The notes under the pieces are model-generated. The model was not told the DNA's origin. It worked only from the letters and a program-made list of their open reading frames with translations, and ran no database searches. The position numbers and the translations under genes were made by a program. From positions 32,001-96,000 of the forward strand of contig CAZOYD010000002.1 of assembly GCA_964583985.1 (NCBI GenBank): 64,000 nt of DNA. The letters are read 5' to 3'. Shown here piece by piece: positions 38,423-48,844 of the stretch. How positions within the stretch are numbered: the first letter of the stretch is position 1; each line of letters begins with the position of its first letter. The stretch comes from an uncultured archaeon (GTDB lineage: Archaea; Asgardarchaeota; Lokiarchaeia; Sigyniarchaeales; SOKP01).

Positions 38423-39457
38423 TTAAATAAGGGATATCAGATACCATGATAATAACATGGTACCAATGCCTAAGAAGATGGAGATAGGCAAACCAGGTAA
38501 AATTTTATTATGCTTTAATTGGTTTAAGGTTATTCCTGTACCAATTAATATAGCTAGAGCTGTAAAAACCATGATAAGCACGTTTCCAGTTTGAATTAAT
38601 GCACTTGTAGTTAGCATACTGTAAAAGGCTAAATCGCCGATACCAATTTCAACTTTTGACGTATCATAAATGAGGTCTCCTTTTTTAATGGACTCTTCAA
38701 TTTGATCATCATATAAATCATACTTATCGTTTTTAGATGCAATATCTATCATTTCTTTGATAGGTCCCCTTTTATTGAGTACGGCATATATATCCCAAAA
38801 CGATATACCAATTAAAATAGCAAGAGTCGTCCAAAGTGGCATCATCAGTCCCATTGAGGCACTTATTAGAAGACTAATATATAATACGATAAGATTCTTT
38901 GTATTGATTGATTTAGATGTGAAGTATTTGTAAAGTAGCAAACCTGTAAATACTGCTACTAAGATTGGACTTATGATATCTGATAAAATATAGTATGTAT
39001 TGATTGAAGATGGTGTATCAGGCAACAATATTAGAAAAATGATAATTGACGCAAAAAACCATGAAAGTGTAAATCCTAATAGCCCAAAAGAAAATCCAAA
39101 AATATATTTTAAAACATCAATACCCCTCTTTCTTATTAAGAATATTATAAAAAAAGCAGCACCTACAGCTGTAACCGTGAAAATGATTCCGTTCAGGATA
39201 CCTCCTAGAGCACCTAAATCTTCTTCTGAGAAATAACCGCCTTCAATTGGACCCCCATTTACAAAATATGCCATATATGCTAGGATACCAGCTAAAACTA
39301 TTACTATTAGTATTGGAATAGGGAACAATTTAAATGAAATGCGATATGTAGGTAAAAAATGAGGAATTGAATCTTTTTTCACTACTTTTTCAGAATTTTG
39401 AATGTTTTCCAATTCATTTCTGTCAATATTTTCTGATTTCTTGGCATCTTCTGACAT
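38423..39457 (-). CDS. Presenilin-like GxGD intramembrane aspartyl protease (A22)
   Basis: ISFWDIYAVL..RGP, GIGDLAFYS, LPGLPISI; about 9 TM helices. Confidence 0.9.
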   Translation of the reverse strand: MSEDAKKSENIDRNELENIQNSEKVVKKDSIPHFLPTYRISFKLFPIPILIVIVLAGILAYMAYFVNGGPIEGGYFSEEDLGALGGILNGIIFTVTAVGAAFFIIFLIRKRGIDVLKYIFGFSFGLLGFTLSWFFASIIIFLILLPDTPSSINTYYILSDIISPILVAVFTGLLLYKYFTSKSINTKNLIVLYISLLISASMGLMMPLWTTLAILIGISFWDIYAVLNKRGPIKEMIDIASKNDKYDLYDDQIEESIKKGDLIYDTSKVEIGIGDLAFYSMLTTSALIQTGNVLIMVFTALAILIGTGITLNQLKHNKILPGLPISIFLGIGTMLLSWYLISLI

Positions 39458-39533
39458 TATGAAATGACAAAATTACCATATAATAAATATTTATTTATAA
39501 GAAATTAAAATTAAAAGAGTATCAGACAAACCT

Positions 39534-40790
39534 TTAAAAAGTGACATTCGGAAGGTGTTTCACGAATTCCTTAACTAATTCAACTCTTTCTCTTCTTTCT
39601 TTGCGATAATAACGCAACGGATATAATTCATCAATTGTAAATTTGTATAATTTAATCCATGATTCTGCTATTTTGCTAATCTTGTATTCTTGCGCTACTC
39701 TCTTAGCATTTTTTCCAAACTCAGCACGAAGGGCATCATCTTTCAGTAATTTCACAACAGAATCTTTAAATTGATCTAGATTATTAGCAAGATATCCGGT
39801 TTCCCCGTGTCTTATGACATTACTTATTCCACAAGCATTCGCACCTACAGTAGGAGTTCCTTGAGCCATTGCTTCAATCAATACCAATCCCTCGGCTTCA
39901 ACCCAAGACCATAAAGCGGATAAATCTGCTGTTTTATATAATCTTAAGAGATCGACAAAAGGAACCCGTCCCGCATAAGAGGCTATATCTCTGAAGGCTT
40001 TCCTCTTAAGCACTCGTTTAACATGATCTGAAGAAGCACCACCGCTTCCCACCATTAGAAGATATGCATCTGGAACTTCCTTCTGTATTTCTTTAAATGT
40101 TTTTAGGATGCTGATAGGATGCTTTTCTGTTGATAAACGTGAAGCATATAACAAGACTTTTTTGTCCTCAATGTTATATTTCTCTCGAATACCATTTTCT
40201 TTCAAATCCGTGTACATTGCATCAGGAATCCCATTAGATAAGCATATAATTGGTTCCATAAAACGCCAACTGCGTAATTGAGTTTTCTTAGATCTAGTAG
40301 GGACATGGATTAAATCATATTTATTCAGTAAATGACGTTCATATCTCCATAATAGGTCAGATTTGGTTAGTAGGTTTCCAATAATTCTAACATTTTGAGC
40401 AGTATAATACGTTAAAGGGGCATTATGAGTTCCAATCATGGGGATTCCCAAGTACTTTGCCCAATTAATAGCTATTGGTCCAATCGTTGCATGAGTGTGC
40501 ATGTGAGTAATATCTAAATAATCGTGAGGACAGAAAAACATTTTTTGGAGTGGAACCGAAGCAACTAACCCTGTTTCCTTCCCAATATACGCACCCCCAA
40601 GATCATGATAATGTAGTGTTTTAGGTATATCATGACCATTGACAATTTTTGGAGCAAAAACATGGACATTATGTCCTGTTCTTGCTATTGCTTCAGATAG
40701 ATTTTTGACAGCATGAGCAGTTCCGTTTGTTTGGCTATACATTTCTGAGAAAAAGCCAATATCTAGTATTTGTTTTACCATAAAAATCAC
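39534..40790 (-). CDS. Glycosyltransferase family 4
   Basis: FSEMY..TNG, SRLSTEKH, EAEGLVLIEAMAQG. Confidence 0.88.
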   Translation of the reverse strand: MIFMVKQILDIGFFSEMYSQTNGTAHAVKNLSEAIARTGHNVHVFAPKIVNGHDIPKTLHYHDLGGAYIGKETGLVASVPLQKMFFCPHDYLDITHMHTHATIGPIAINWAKYLGIPMIGTHNAPLTYYTAQNVRIIGNLLTKSDLLWRYERHLLNKYDLIHVPTRSKKTQLRSWRFMEPIICLSNGIPDAMYTDLKENGIREKYNIEDKKVLLYASRLSTEKHPISILKTFKEIQKEVPDAYLLMVGSGGASSDHVKRVLKRKAFRDIASYAGRVPFVDLLRLYKTADLSALWSWVEAEGLVLIEAMAQGTPTVGANACGISNVIRHGETGYLANNLDQFKDSVVKLLKDDALRAEFGKNAKRVAQEYKISKIAESWIKLYKFTIDELYPLRYYRKERRERVELVKEFVKHLPNVTF

Positions 40791-40977
40791 TTGATTTAAG
40801 ATATGATTTTTAAAATTAAAAAGCTAAATTTAAGAGTATTAATGTTATTACTTTACTTTAATTAAATATTCTTTTATATTTATAACAATGTATTTATTAA
40901 TTTTTCTAATAAAAATTATTAAAATTGAATAAACCAATAACTTTATAAACATAATATATTTAATCGTTAATTTACTC

Positions 40978-41460
40978 ATGACAAAATATCACATGAGACG
41001 GATCGAAAGGGAGATTACAGATAAGAATCTCTTAAATGCAATTCTAATTGAAGGGAGATATGTCACGATATCAATGTGTAGAGAATCTGAGCCATATATA
41101 GTTTCTCTAAGTTATGGTTATGATCAGAAAAAAAATTGTTTATACTTTCATTGTGCAAATGAAGGATTAAAAATTGAATTTATCAAAACAAATCCATTAG
41201 TTTGCGCCACAATAATTAAAAATTGTGGTTATAAGACGAATGAATGTAATCACATGTATCAATCGATTGTTATAAGGGGGAATTTAAGCATTATAGAGAA
41301 TTTTGAAGAAAAAAAACATGGATTTGATGTATTAATTAATCATTTAGAAGAGAATCCGGAACTTATTAAACAGAAACATCTGAATAATGAAAAATCTTAT
41401 ACAAATAGTTATATATTAAGATTAGACATAGAAGAAATTTCTGGAAAGGAAAATAATTAA
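40978..41460 (+). CDS. Pyridoxamine-5'-phosphate oxidase / NimA-like flavin-binding protein
   Basis: MRR..REI, PYIVSLSY, LYFHCANEG.K, YQSIV, ISGK. Confidence 0.85.
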   Translation: MTKYHMRRIEREITDKNLLNAILIEGRYVTISMCRESEPYIVSLSYGYDQKKNCLYFHCANEGLKIEFIKTNPLVCATIIKNCGYKTNECNHMYQSIVIRGNLSIIENFEEKKHGFDVLINHLEENPELIKQKHLNNEKSYTNSYILRLDIEEISGKENN

Positions 41461-41507
41461 TTTTTCATTTTCATAAAACTTTTTTTGTTTGAATTATTCT
41501 GTAAGAT

Positions 41508-41681
41508 ATGGATCCTGAAGAAGAAAAAAAAATTCTAAATGATATAATTAAGCATCGAAGAATCCCTTATTCTATAGAACTGATTGATATTGATGGAGAT
41601 AAGATCACTGTCCGCAATAATTTTGGCTCCACAATTACATATATCAAGAAGAATGACGATTATATCCTCGAAAATCAATAA
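41508..41681 (+). CDS. Small hypothetical protein, 57 aa (below the track cutoff)
   Basis: ATG...TAA ORF MDPEEEKKILNDIIKHRRIPYSIELIDIDGDKITVRNNFGSTITYIKKNDDYILENQ; fills an intergenic gap on the same strand as its neighbours. Confidence 0.65.
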   Translation: MDPEEEKKILNDIIKHRRIPYSIELIDIDGDKITVRNNFGSTITYIKKNDDYILENQ

Positions 41682-41853
41682 TCGATTTTTGGAAATATAA
41701 TTCAAAAAATTTGTTAAGCTTGGGTATTTAAAAATTTATTTGCTGTTATTTTACATAATATTAAAAGTCTAAAATCTGATAAAATTAAAACAAAAAATTA
41801 AAAGATTGAAGTTTCTTATTTATGGTTAAAGCCATTTTTATTTTATAATATAC

Positions 41854-43047
41854 TTGGTGCTATTTTTGAGAAAAAGAAGAATGAAATCCGAAGATGCCGA
41901 AGAAAGATTTACAGAACATTTTAGAGCGGTTATTGATAACAATACTTCACTTAATATGTATAATGAAAAAAAGCGATCGATTTGCGTGATAAGAAAGGAT
42001 TTGGCTAAAGACTATGAGGTAGAAGTTGATGCTTCAGAAGCACCAATAATGAATAAATTATTAAGAGATCCTGAACCATATGAAAGTTCAATAGCGGAAG
42101 TTAAAATTCTTGAACAAGAAATATTTCCCTTAAACGAAGCTTTCAAGAATGTATTCGGAACGGATGAAGAATTAAAACTTGATTCAATAAAATTAGCGAT
42201 TGGTGGAAGTTATAATGATTTTGTTACAATTGAAGAAAAAGATTTGAAAAGATTTGATGTTCAACCTACCCTTAGCGGATTATGTGATTTTATTGATCAG
42301 AATGATGAAAGTATTCTTGGATTTTTAGATAGTGAATATATTAATGAGGAAGGAAATGTAATTTATCTAAGTTGTAGTAAAAAAGGTTTAACTGATAATA
42401 TTTACTCGTTGGATATAAAAATCTTAGCTTCAATGCACCAGAGAGGATTTTTTCTTCAACAAGAACATAAATATTATGGACTTCAATTATTCATTACTTT
42501 AGAAATGAAAAGAGCTAATGATGATAAATTATTCGAATTCTTAAAAGAACTTAATATTGATTGGGAAATGATCTTTTTCAGAAGAAGATTGGCAATTCAT
42601 GATTGGACTGAAATAGAATGTGATAAAGATTCTGAAAATCTTAAGAAATATTTAAGGGCTAAATTCGAAACCTTAAATTATTTCGATATTAACAATATTA
42701 TTAGAATAATAGTAAAAAACCAATTACCTTTCAATGTTGCTGATAAAATGGCATCTCTCTTGTATAAAATGAAGAATGAAAGAAGTAATCAATTATCAGA
42801 CAAAATTTATGATTACGATACTACTACTCAAGATTATTTCGAATCTCAAAGAAGAATTTTACATTCTGAATCAGAGGAGAGAACTCAGGCGGTAAATGGA
42901 TATACTCTTACACTAAAAAAAGCAGAAATAGCAGCCGCTGCCAATATCGCATGTGCTTATTTGGGCATTCAAAAAGAAATAGAATTTGATAAGGATATCC
43001 CAAATTCAGAAATCTTGAAGTATCAAGAAGAATTAACTAATTTCTAA
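41854..43047 (+). CDS. Hypothetical soluble protein (likely start ATG 41881)
   Basis: 397-aa ORF with host-like composition; no recognisable motif. Confidence 0.75.
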   Translation: MVLFLRKRRMKSEDAEERFTEHFRAVIDNNTSLNMYNEKKRSICVIRKDLAKDYEVEVDASEAPIMNKLLRDPEPYESSIAEVKILEQEIFPLNEAFKNVFGTDEELKLDSIKLAIGGSYNDFVTIEEKDLKRFDVQPTLSGLCDFIDQNDESILGFLDSEYINEEGNVIYLSCSKKGLTDNIYSLDIKILASMHQRGFFLQQEHKYYGLQLFITLEMKRANDDKLFEFLKELNIDWEMIFFRRRLAIHDWTEIECDKDSENLKKYLRAKFETLNYFDINNIIRIIVKNQLPFNVADKMASLLYKMKNERSNQLSDKIYDYDTTTQDYFESQRRILHSESEERTQAVNGYTLTLKKAEIAAAANIACAYLGIQKEIEFDKDIPNSEILKYQEELTNF

Positions 43048-43083
43048 GTAAAATTTAAAAGAAGTAAGAAAATGATATACTTT

Positions 43084-44088
43084 TTACTTTAAATTGTAGG
43101 ATAGTTTTAATAACTCATGATTTATTTCTCCAACAGTTACACTTTTTCCAGTTCTGACATTTGTCATTGTATATTTTGCAGGAGCAAATAAACCAGGATC
43201 AATTTTATAGAAATCATAATCGGCGGCTTTAAATGTTTCTAAAAATGGTTTTCCATAGCTTGGGGAAGTGTTAGCTGGAGCTTTTTTAAGAAGTTCAAAT
43301 AATTCCGCTTCTTTTTCCTTGTCAACATCAATTGTATAATAAGTCAATCCTGCTGCGCTTATTGAATCATTAGTTCTTCCCATTGCTCCCAAATCATCTT
43401 TTGCTATTGGTGCTACCGTTGTTGTTCCAAATCCATCTTTCAAAACCTCGAGTGGGAAATGAATCTCATGTAATTTATGAATTCCAGTTTCTACTATTCT
43501 TGCAGCAACTTGGATGGATCCTGTTAAACAAGCGGTAGGAGCACATACTGCATATGTATTACTTGGATTTACTCCACTTTTAGTTGCGATTATTTGCATA
43601 ACTTCTGAATTTGGTAATTTATCCGTTTCAAACACTATTATCGCACAATCAGAATCATCAGTATAATTTATTTCGTCGAAAAGTTTCTCAGTTTTACTTT
43701 TAGCTCTAGCAGGACCTGAACCTAAAGATTGAAATATAACCTTTTGCTTTACTTTTCCATCTTTTTCAACATCTTTCTTTAATTTTACACTCCAACCAGC
43801 CAATTGAGAGGCCATGCAAGAGATAATAGGTTCAGAAGTGTATACATTAACACTTGGAATATAATGCCCATCTAAATCGTATGACGAAAATTCAACATTT
43901 CCTAATCCACCCATGCAAATTTCTCCCACTAATTTACCTCCAGTCCAAGATGCATTAGTCATGTTTAAAATAGTTGAGCCATCTTCAAGTTTTTGAATAT
44001 CTGCTTTATACAATTCCTTATTTTCAATAATCTTTTTCACGAGTTTTAGAGTAAGATTATTCATTTTGATATGATGCATATCGATCAC
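43084..44088 (-). CDS. mch: Methenyl-H4MPT cyclohydrolase
   Basis: ICMGGLG, SQLAGW, GSGPARA, APTACLTGSIQVAARIVETGIHK, AMGRTND, FYKIDPGLFAP. Confidence 0.95.
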   Translation of the reverse strand: MIDMHHIKMNNLTLKLVKKIIENKELYKADIQKLEDGSTILNMTNASWTGGKLVGEICMGGLGNVEFSSYDLDGHYIPSVNVYTSEPIISCMASQLAGWSVKLKKDVEKDGKVKQKVIFQSLGSGPARAKSKTEKLFDEINYTDDSDCAIIVFETDKLPNSEVMQIIATKSGVNPSNTYAVCAPTACLTGSIQVAARIVETGIHKLHEIHFPLEVLKDGFGTTTVAPIAKDDLGAMGRTNDSISAAGLTYYTIDVDKEKEAELFELLKKAPANTSPSYGKPFLETFKAADYDFYKIDPGLFAPAKYTMTNVRTGKSVTVGEINHELLKLSYNLK

Positions 44089-44172
44089 TTTTCTCTATTT
44101 TTTAAATGAGTATTTATTATTTTTTACTTATTTTAATATATTAAATTAAGTTTATATTAAAATTTTATAACA

Positions 44173-45705
44173 ATGAATGAAGTATCTGATTCTTTTCAAT
44201 TACTAATAGAATCCTTAGGATTAGCTAAAAAATTCCTATCCGATACACTTGAGAAATCTAATCTAAACTTGAAGATATACACGCATCTTGATGCGGATGG
44301 ATTGTCATCGGGAGCAATATTGGGGAAGACTTTTTTCAGAGAAAGAATTCCATTTCAAATAAGGGTATTAAAACAATTAGAAAAAAATGAAATTATTAAG
44401 TTAACGATGGAAGCTATTGATGGAGAAAATTTCATACTTTTTTCTGATTTTGGGAGTGGTCAATATTTGGAATTGATTCACTATCTTAAAAGTGGTGAAG
44501 TCCAAATTCCTTTTCTTATTATAGATCACCATCTCCCACAAGAAGTTCCAAATAAAGAGGATCCTAATATGGAAATAATTCATAAAAATGGTGCTCCTTG
44601 GCATGTAAATCCATATTTTTATGGTATTGATGGTAGCACAGAAATTTCCAGTTCAGGTTTATGTTACTTTTTTTCCAAATTAATAAATAAGAAAAATATT
44701 GATCTTTCTCCTATTGCTTTAGTGGGTGCAATAGGTGATATTCAAAACAGAGGTTCTAATTATTCATTCACGGGCATTAATTCTTACATCCTTAAAGACG
44801 CACTTGAGGCCGATTTAGTTGATGAGGTAGATGATCTTAGCTTTTCACCGATTAAGCCAATACATGAAGCAATTGCGTATTCAACTAATATTAATTTACC
44901 AGGGTTAACAGGAAATGCGAGTACTACCTTGAAATTTTTAAAAACTATTGGTATACTAATAGAAAAACCAGATGGTGAAATAAGAACGCTAAATGATCTT
45001 ACTGAAAGTGAAAAGAGAGATATTTCATCAAAAATTATAGAATATGCATTGAAATATGAAATTGATCCCAATATTATAACTCAAAATCTAATTGTAAATA
45101 GGTATATCTTAAAGGATGAAATTATCGGTTCAGAATTATATGAATTAAATGAATTTTCTAAGTTATTAAATTCTTGTGGTCGCAGCGAAAATGCTTCTTT
45201 AGGTATAGCGATAGGAATGGGTGATAGACATATAGCTTATCAAAAAGCGCAGGAAAATCTCGTTGATTATAGGAAGAAAATATCAAATGCTTTAAATTGG
45301 ATCCAAAAAGAAGGAACAATCAAAGAAATGGAACATATTCAATATTTTTATGGTGAAGATATCATACCAGATACCATGATTGGAACTATTGCATCAATCT
45401 TAATTTTTGATAGAAGTGGATTTATCAATAAAATAAAGCCAATATTTGCTTGTTCTAGGAGAAAATCAGAAGAAGTCTATAAAATATCAGCTAGAGCAAG
45501 TAAAGAAGTAGTAGAAAAAGGAATTAATTTATCAGAAGCTATAAGAGAAGCATTATCACTTTCAGATTTGGAAGTATTAGGAGGAGGTCATCCTCCTGCT
45601 GCAGGTACGGTAGTTCCTATTGATAAAATTGAACTTTTTTTAAAAAATTGTGATAAAATTATTGGTGAACAAAGAAATAATCCAAATGATCAAATTTCTA
45701 AATAA
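44173..45705 (+). CDS. RecJ/Cdc45-like DHH-family nuclease (GAN/HAN-like)
   Basis: HLDADG, DFG, IDHH, VGAIGD, LLNSCGR, GGGHPPAAG (DHHA1). Confidence 0.9.
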   Translation: MNEVSDSFQLLIESLGLAKKFLSDTLEKSNLNLKIYTHLDADGLSSGAILGKTFFRERIPFQIRVLKQLEKNEIIKLTMEAIDGENFILFSDFGSGQYLELIHYLKSGEVQIPFLIIDHHLPQEVPNKEDPNMEIIHKNGAPWHVNPYFYGIDGSTEISSSGLCYFFSKLINKKNIDLSPIALVGAIGDIQNRGSNYSFTGINSYILKDALEADLVDEVDDLSFSPIKPIHEAIAYSTNINLPGLTGNASTTLKFLKTIGILIEKPDGEIRTLNDLTESEKRDISSKIIEYALKYEIDPNIITQNLIVNRYILKDEIIGSELYELNEFSKLLNSCGRSENASLGIAIGMGDRHIAYQKAQENLVDYRKKISNALNWIQKEGTIKEMEHIQYFYGEDIIPDTMIGTIASILIFDRSGFINKIKPIFACSRRKSEEVYKISARASKEVVEKGINLSEAIREALSLSDLEVLGGGHPPAAGTVVPIDKIELFLKNCDKIIGEQRNNPNDQISK

Positions 45706-46987
45706 CGTAAGATTCACCTGTTTCAGGTGCAATAGCATTATAATTTCCCTTATTTAGATTACTAGCTAAAGATGTGGATGACTTTTCATCACCATGAACA
45801 CAAAACACATACCGTGAATTATTGAATTTAATTTCTTTAATATAACCGTAGAGATCTGATCTATCAGCATGACTTGAAAAATCAAAATATTCTACTTCAC
45901 ATAATGCTTCCGAAATATTATTTTTTGAATTTCCTCTTTCCTCAAATTCAAATATTCCCTCATCCAAAAGCTTTCTTCCTGGTGTGCCTTCTACTTGATA
46001 TCCTACGAGATATACTGCTGATACGGGATCTTTAACTATTTTTGACATGTAATCAATCGCAGCACCTCCTTTAAGCATTCCTGAAGGAGAAATAATTATA
46101 TTTTTGCCTTTTTCTAAAATATTCATTCGATTTCTACTTTTTGCAAATTTTGTATTCTTTATCGCTTTTTTGAGCATCCCAAAATCCTTGAATGCGTTAG
46201 GGTATTCAGAATATGTCATGCTAATTTTTCTAGCGAGTCCATCTAAATATATAGGAATTTTTAGACCAAATTTGTTCAAAACTAACAATACTTCTTGCGA
46301 TCTCGCAACCCCAAATGCGGGAATTAAAACGTTACCATCATTTTCTATTACATTGCCAATTCGATCAATGAAATTTCGTTCTGTTTCCTCTCTTGGAGGA
46401 TGATCTTTTAGAGCATAAGTTGATTCTGTTATTAATGCATCAATCTCTGGTATATCAGAAGATTTCGCAGGATTTATGAGATTAGTTGATTGTGAATTAA
46501 TATCTCCAGTATAAAAAATTTTTTTTCCATTAACCTCAACAAGGATTGAAATACTTCCAGGAATGTGTCCCGCATCATAAAATGTGATGTGAAAATCATT
46601 CGAGATTTTCTGACGAATCCCATTTTCCAAGAATTGGGCACTTTGTCTTAATTTGTCTAATTCTTTGAAATCAAAGGGATAGGGGTATTTTGAAATCCTA
46701 ATCATATCTTTTAAAAGAATTTCAGAAATTCTTAGGGTTATTGGATTAGTATAAAAGGGTAGGTTTGAATTTTTATACAAAGAGGGTAGCGCTCCAGAAT
46801 GATCTACGTGACAATGAGTGAGAGCCACGGCCTTGAGATTATTTAAGTCTGTTTTATCAGGGAGTCGGTCATCTTCTTTGAATCTTACTCCATAATCGAG
46901 CATTATTTTTTCTTTATTGTTCGATTCAATTAAAATGGCGGATCTACCAACCTCTCTAGCTCCACCAAGAAATTTAATGACGGGCAT
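45698..46987 (-). CDS. MBL-fold beta-CASP ribonuclease (aCPSF-like, no KH domains)
   Basis: GGAREVGRS, THCHVDHSG, AGHIPGS, TGD, ESTY, VGYQVEGTPG, FSSHAD, VHG. Confidence 0.92.
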   Translation of the reverse strand: MPVIKFLGGAREVGRSAILIESNNKEKIMLDYGVRFKEDDRLPDKTDLNNLKAVALTHCHVDHSGALPSLYKNSNLPFYTNPITLRISEILLKDMIRISKYPYPFDFKELDKLRQSAQFLENGIRQKISNDFHITFYDAGHIPGSISILVEVNGKKIFYTGDINSQSTNLINPAKSSDIPEIDALITESTYALKDHPPREETERNFIDRIGNVIENDGNVLIPAFGVARSQEVLLVLNKFGLKIPIYLDGLARKISMTYSEYPNAFKDFGMLKKAIKNTKFAKSRNRMNILEKGKNIIISPSGMLKGGAAIDYMSKIVKDPVSAVYLVGYQVEGTPGRKLLDEGIFEFEERGNSKNNISEALCEVEYFDFSSHADRSDLYGYIKEIKFNNSRYVFCVHGDEKSSTSLASNLNKGNYNAIAPETGESYVI

Positions 46988-47123
46988 ATTTAATTATAAT
47001 TAAAATAATTTATATTTCCATGTCTTTATTTTAATAAATTTAGCCAAGAATAAGAATTTTGTCAATATAGAGCCTTGCGATTATTAAAATAAAAATAAAA
47101 AGAGGTATTTTTATTATTAAATA

Positions 47124-47882
47124 TTACTTTATCTTTTTTATAACGTTGATGAGTAATGCGATAACATTATTTACATTTTTACTGAAAACGTTTAAAATTT
47201 CTTCCCACGTCACAGGAATTTCATTTTCCTTCCAACAATCATAATCTGTAGACATTGCAACAGCAGCATATGGAATTCTTGCCTCATTTGCCAAGATAGT
47301 TTCGGGTGCAATACTCATATTAATTACATCAGCTCCCCATGACCTGAACATCTCAGATTCGGCTTTAGTCGAAAATCTAGGCCCTTCAATTGTAACTACA
47401 GTTCCTTTTTCGTGATATTTAAGATTCAACTCTCGAGCCGTTTCTATAAATATATTTCTTAATTCTTCAGAATATGGATAAGCCATAGCAGTATGTTTAG
47501 CATCACCGGGTGGAAATTCATCAAAAAAGCTCAATTTTCTTAATCTGGTAAAATCGATAAATTGATCGAGGATGACAAAATCACCTCGTCCAATTTTTTC
47601 TCTCAAGCTGCCACATGCTGTGGTTGCTAAGATATGAGTACATCCTTGATCCTTCAATGCTTGTATATTAGCTCTATAATTTACATGTGTTGGTGGAATA
47701 GTATGTTCCCTTCCGTGTCTTGCTATAAGAACGACATCTACTCCATTGATTTTACCTACTTTTAGTGGAGACGATGGTTTTCCATATGGAGTATTAACCT
47801 CCACATCTCTTCCATCCTTTAAAATCTCAGGATTATCTAATCCCGAACCACCTATTATCCCTATTTTAACCATAACATTCAC
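47124..47882 (-). CDS. mtnP: S-methyl-5'-thioadenosine phosphorylase (eukaryote-like type)
   Basis: IGIIGGSG, RHG, TTACGSL, EGPRFST, NM, TDYDCW. Confidence 0.92.
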   Translation of the reverse strand: MNVMVKIGIIGGSGLDNPEILKDGRDVEVNTPYGKPSSPLKVGKINGVDVVLIARHGREHTIPPTHVNYRANIQALKDQGCTHILATTACGSLREKIGRGDFVILDQFIDFTRLRKLSFFDEFPPGDAKHTAMAYPYSEELRNIFIETARELNLKYHEKGTVVTIEGPRFSTKAESEMFRSWGADVINMSIAPETILANEARIPYAAVAMSTDYDCWKENEIPVTWEEILNVFSKNVNNVIALLINVIKKIK

Positions 47883-47976
47883 TATTAGGTGTTTTTGAAA
47901 AATTTTATTTATAATATTTAAAATATCTCCATTTTTATTTATTTTATCAGAAATAATTAATTAACGTGATCTCAAA

Positions 47977-48840
47977 ATGAAAAATAATGACATAAGTGCT
48001 GATATAGCTATAATTGGAGGCACAGGATCCAACATCCATTTAAAAAATGCTATAGAAACTAAAATTTTTACACCTTTTGGAAATACTTCTGCAAAGATAA
48101 ATATAGGTGATTTTAAAGGAAAAAAAGTAGCCTACATTCCTCGTCATGGAAAAGATCATTCAATTCCCCCACATAATATAAATTTTAAAGCAAATATTTG
48201 GGCTTTAAAAGAATTAGGTGTCAAATTTGTATTAGCAACTTCAGCTGTTGGTTCTTTAAGGATAGAATTATCGAAAGGAACATTTGTATTAGTTGATCAA
48301 TATATTGATCGAACCAAGAAACGATTTGATACTTTTTTCGAAGGTGGACAAGTTTGCCATATAGGTCAAGCTGAGCCTTATTGTGAAGAGATGCGGAGGC
48401 TTTGTATTGAATCAGGAAAAAATCTTGGAATAGAAATTCATAATGGAGGAACATATGTATGTATAGAAGGACCTAGATTTTCGACGAGGGCAGAATCAAA
48501 CATGTTTCGATTACTTGGCGGAGACATCGTAGGAATGACGACATATCCCGAGGTGGTTCTAGCTGCCGAAAAAGAAATGTGTTATTGTTGCATCACTATG
48601 ATTACTGATCTCGATGTATGGGCTGGTAAATGCCCAAATTGTGGTATCGTTGCTTATAAAAAGGAATGTGATAAATGCGGTGCAATCATTCAAAAACTGA
48701 ATGTTGATGTTCCAGAAGTCATGAAAACAATGGAAAAAAACGCTGAGAATCTAACGAAGTTATTAGAAATGACCATACCTAAAATAAATACAGAAAAAGA
48801 TTGTTCTTGTCATCATGGATTATTAAATTCGATAATTTAA
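47977..48840 (+). CDS. mtnP: MTAP paralogue with a Zn-ribbon insertion
   Basis: IGGTG, PRHG, SAVGSL, EGPRFST, GMT, TDLDVW then CPNC...CDKC; C-terminal CSC. Confidence 0.88.
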   Translation: MKNNDISADIAIIGGTGSNIHLKNAIETKIFTPFGNTSAKINIGDFKGKKVAYIPRHGKDHSIPPHNINFKANIWALKELGVKFVLATSAVGSLRIELSKGTFVLVDQYIDRTKKRFDTFFEGGQVCHIGQAEPYCEEMRRLCIESGKNLGIEIHNGGTYVCIEGPRFSTRAESNMFRLLGGDIVGMTTYPEVVLAAEKEMCYCCITMITDLDVWAGKCPNCGIVAYKKECDKCGAIIQKLNVDVPEVMKTMEKNAENLTKLLEMTIPKINTEKDCSCHHGLLNSII

Positions 48841-48844
48841 TTCA

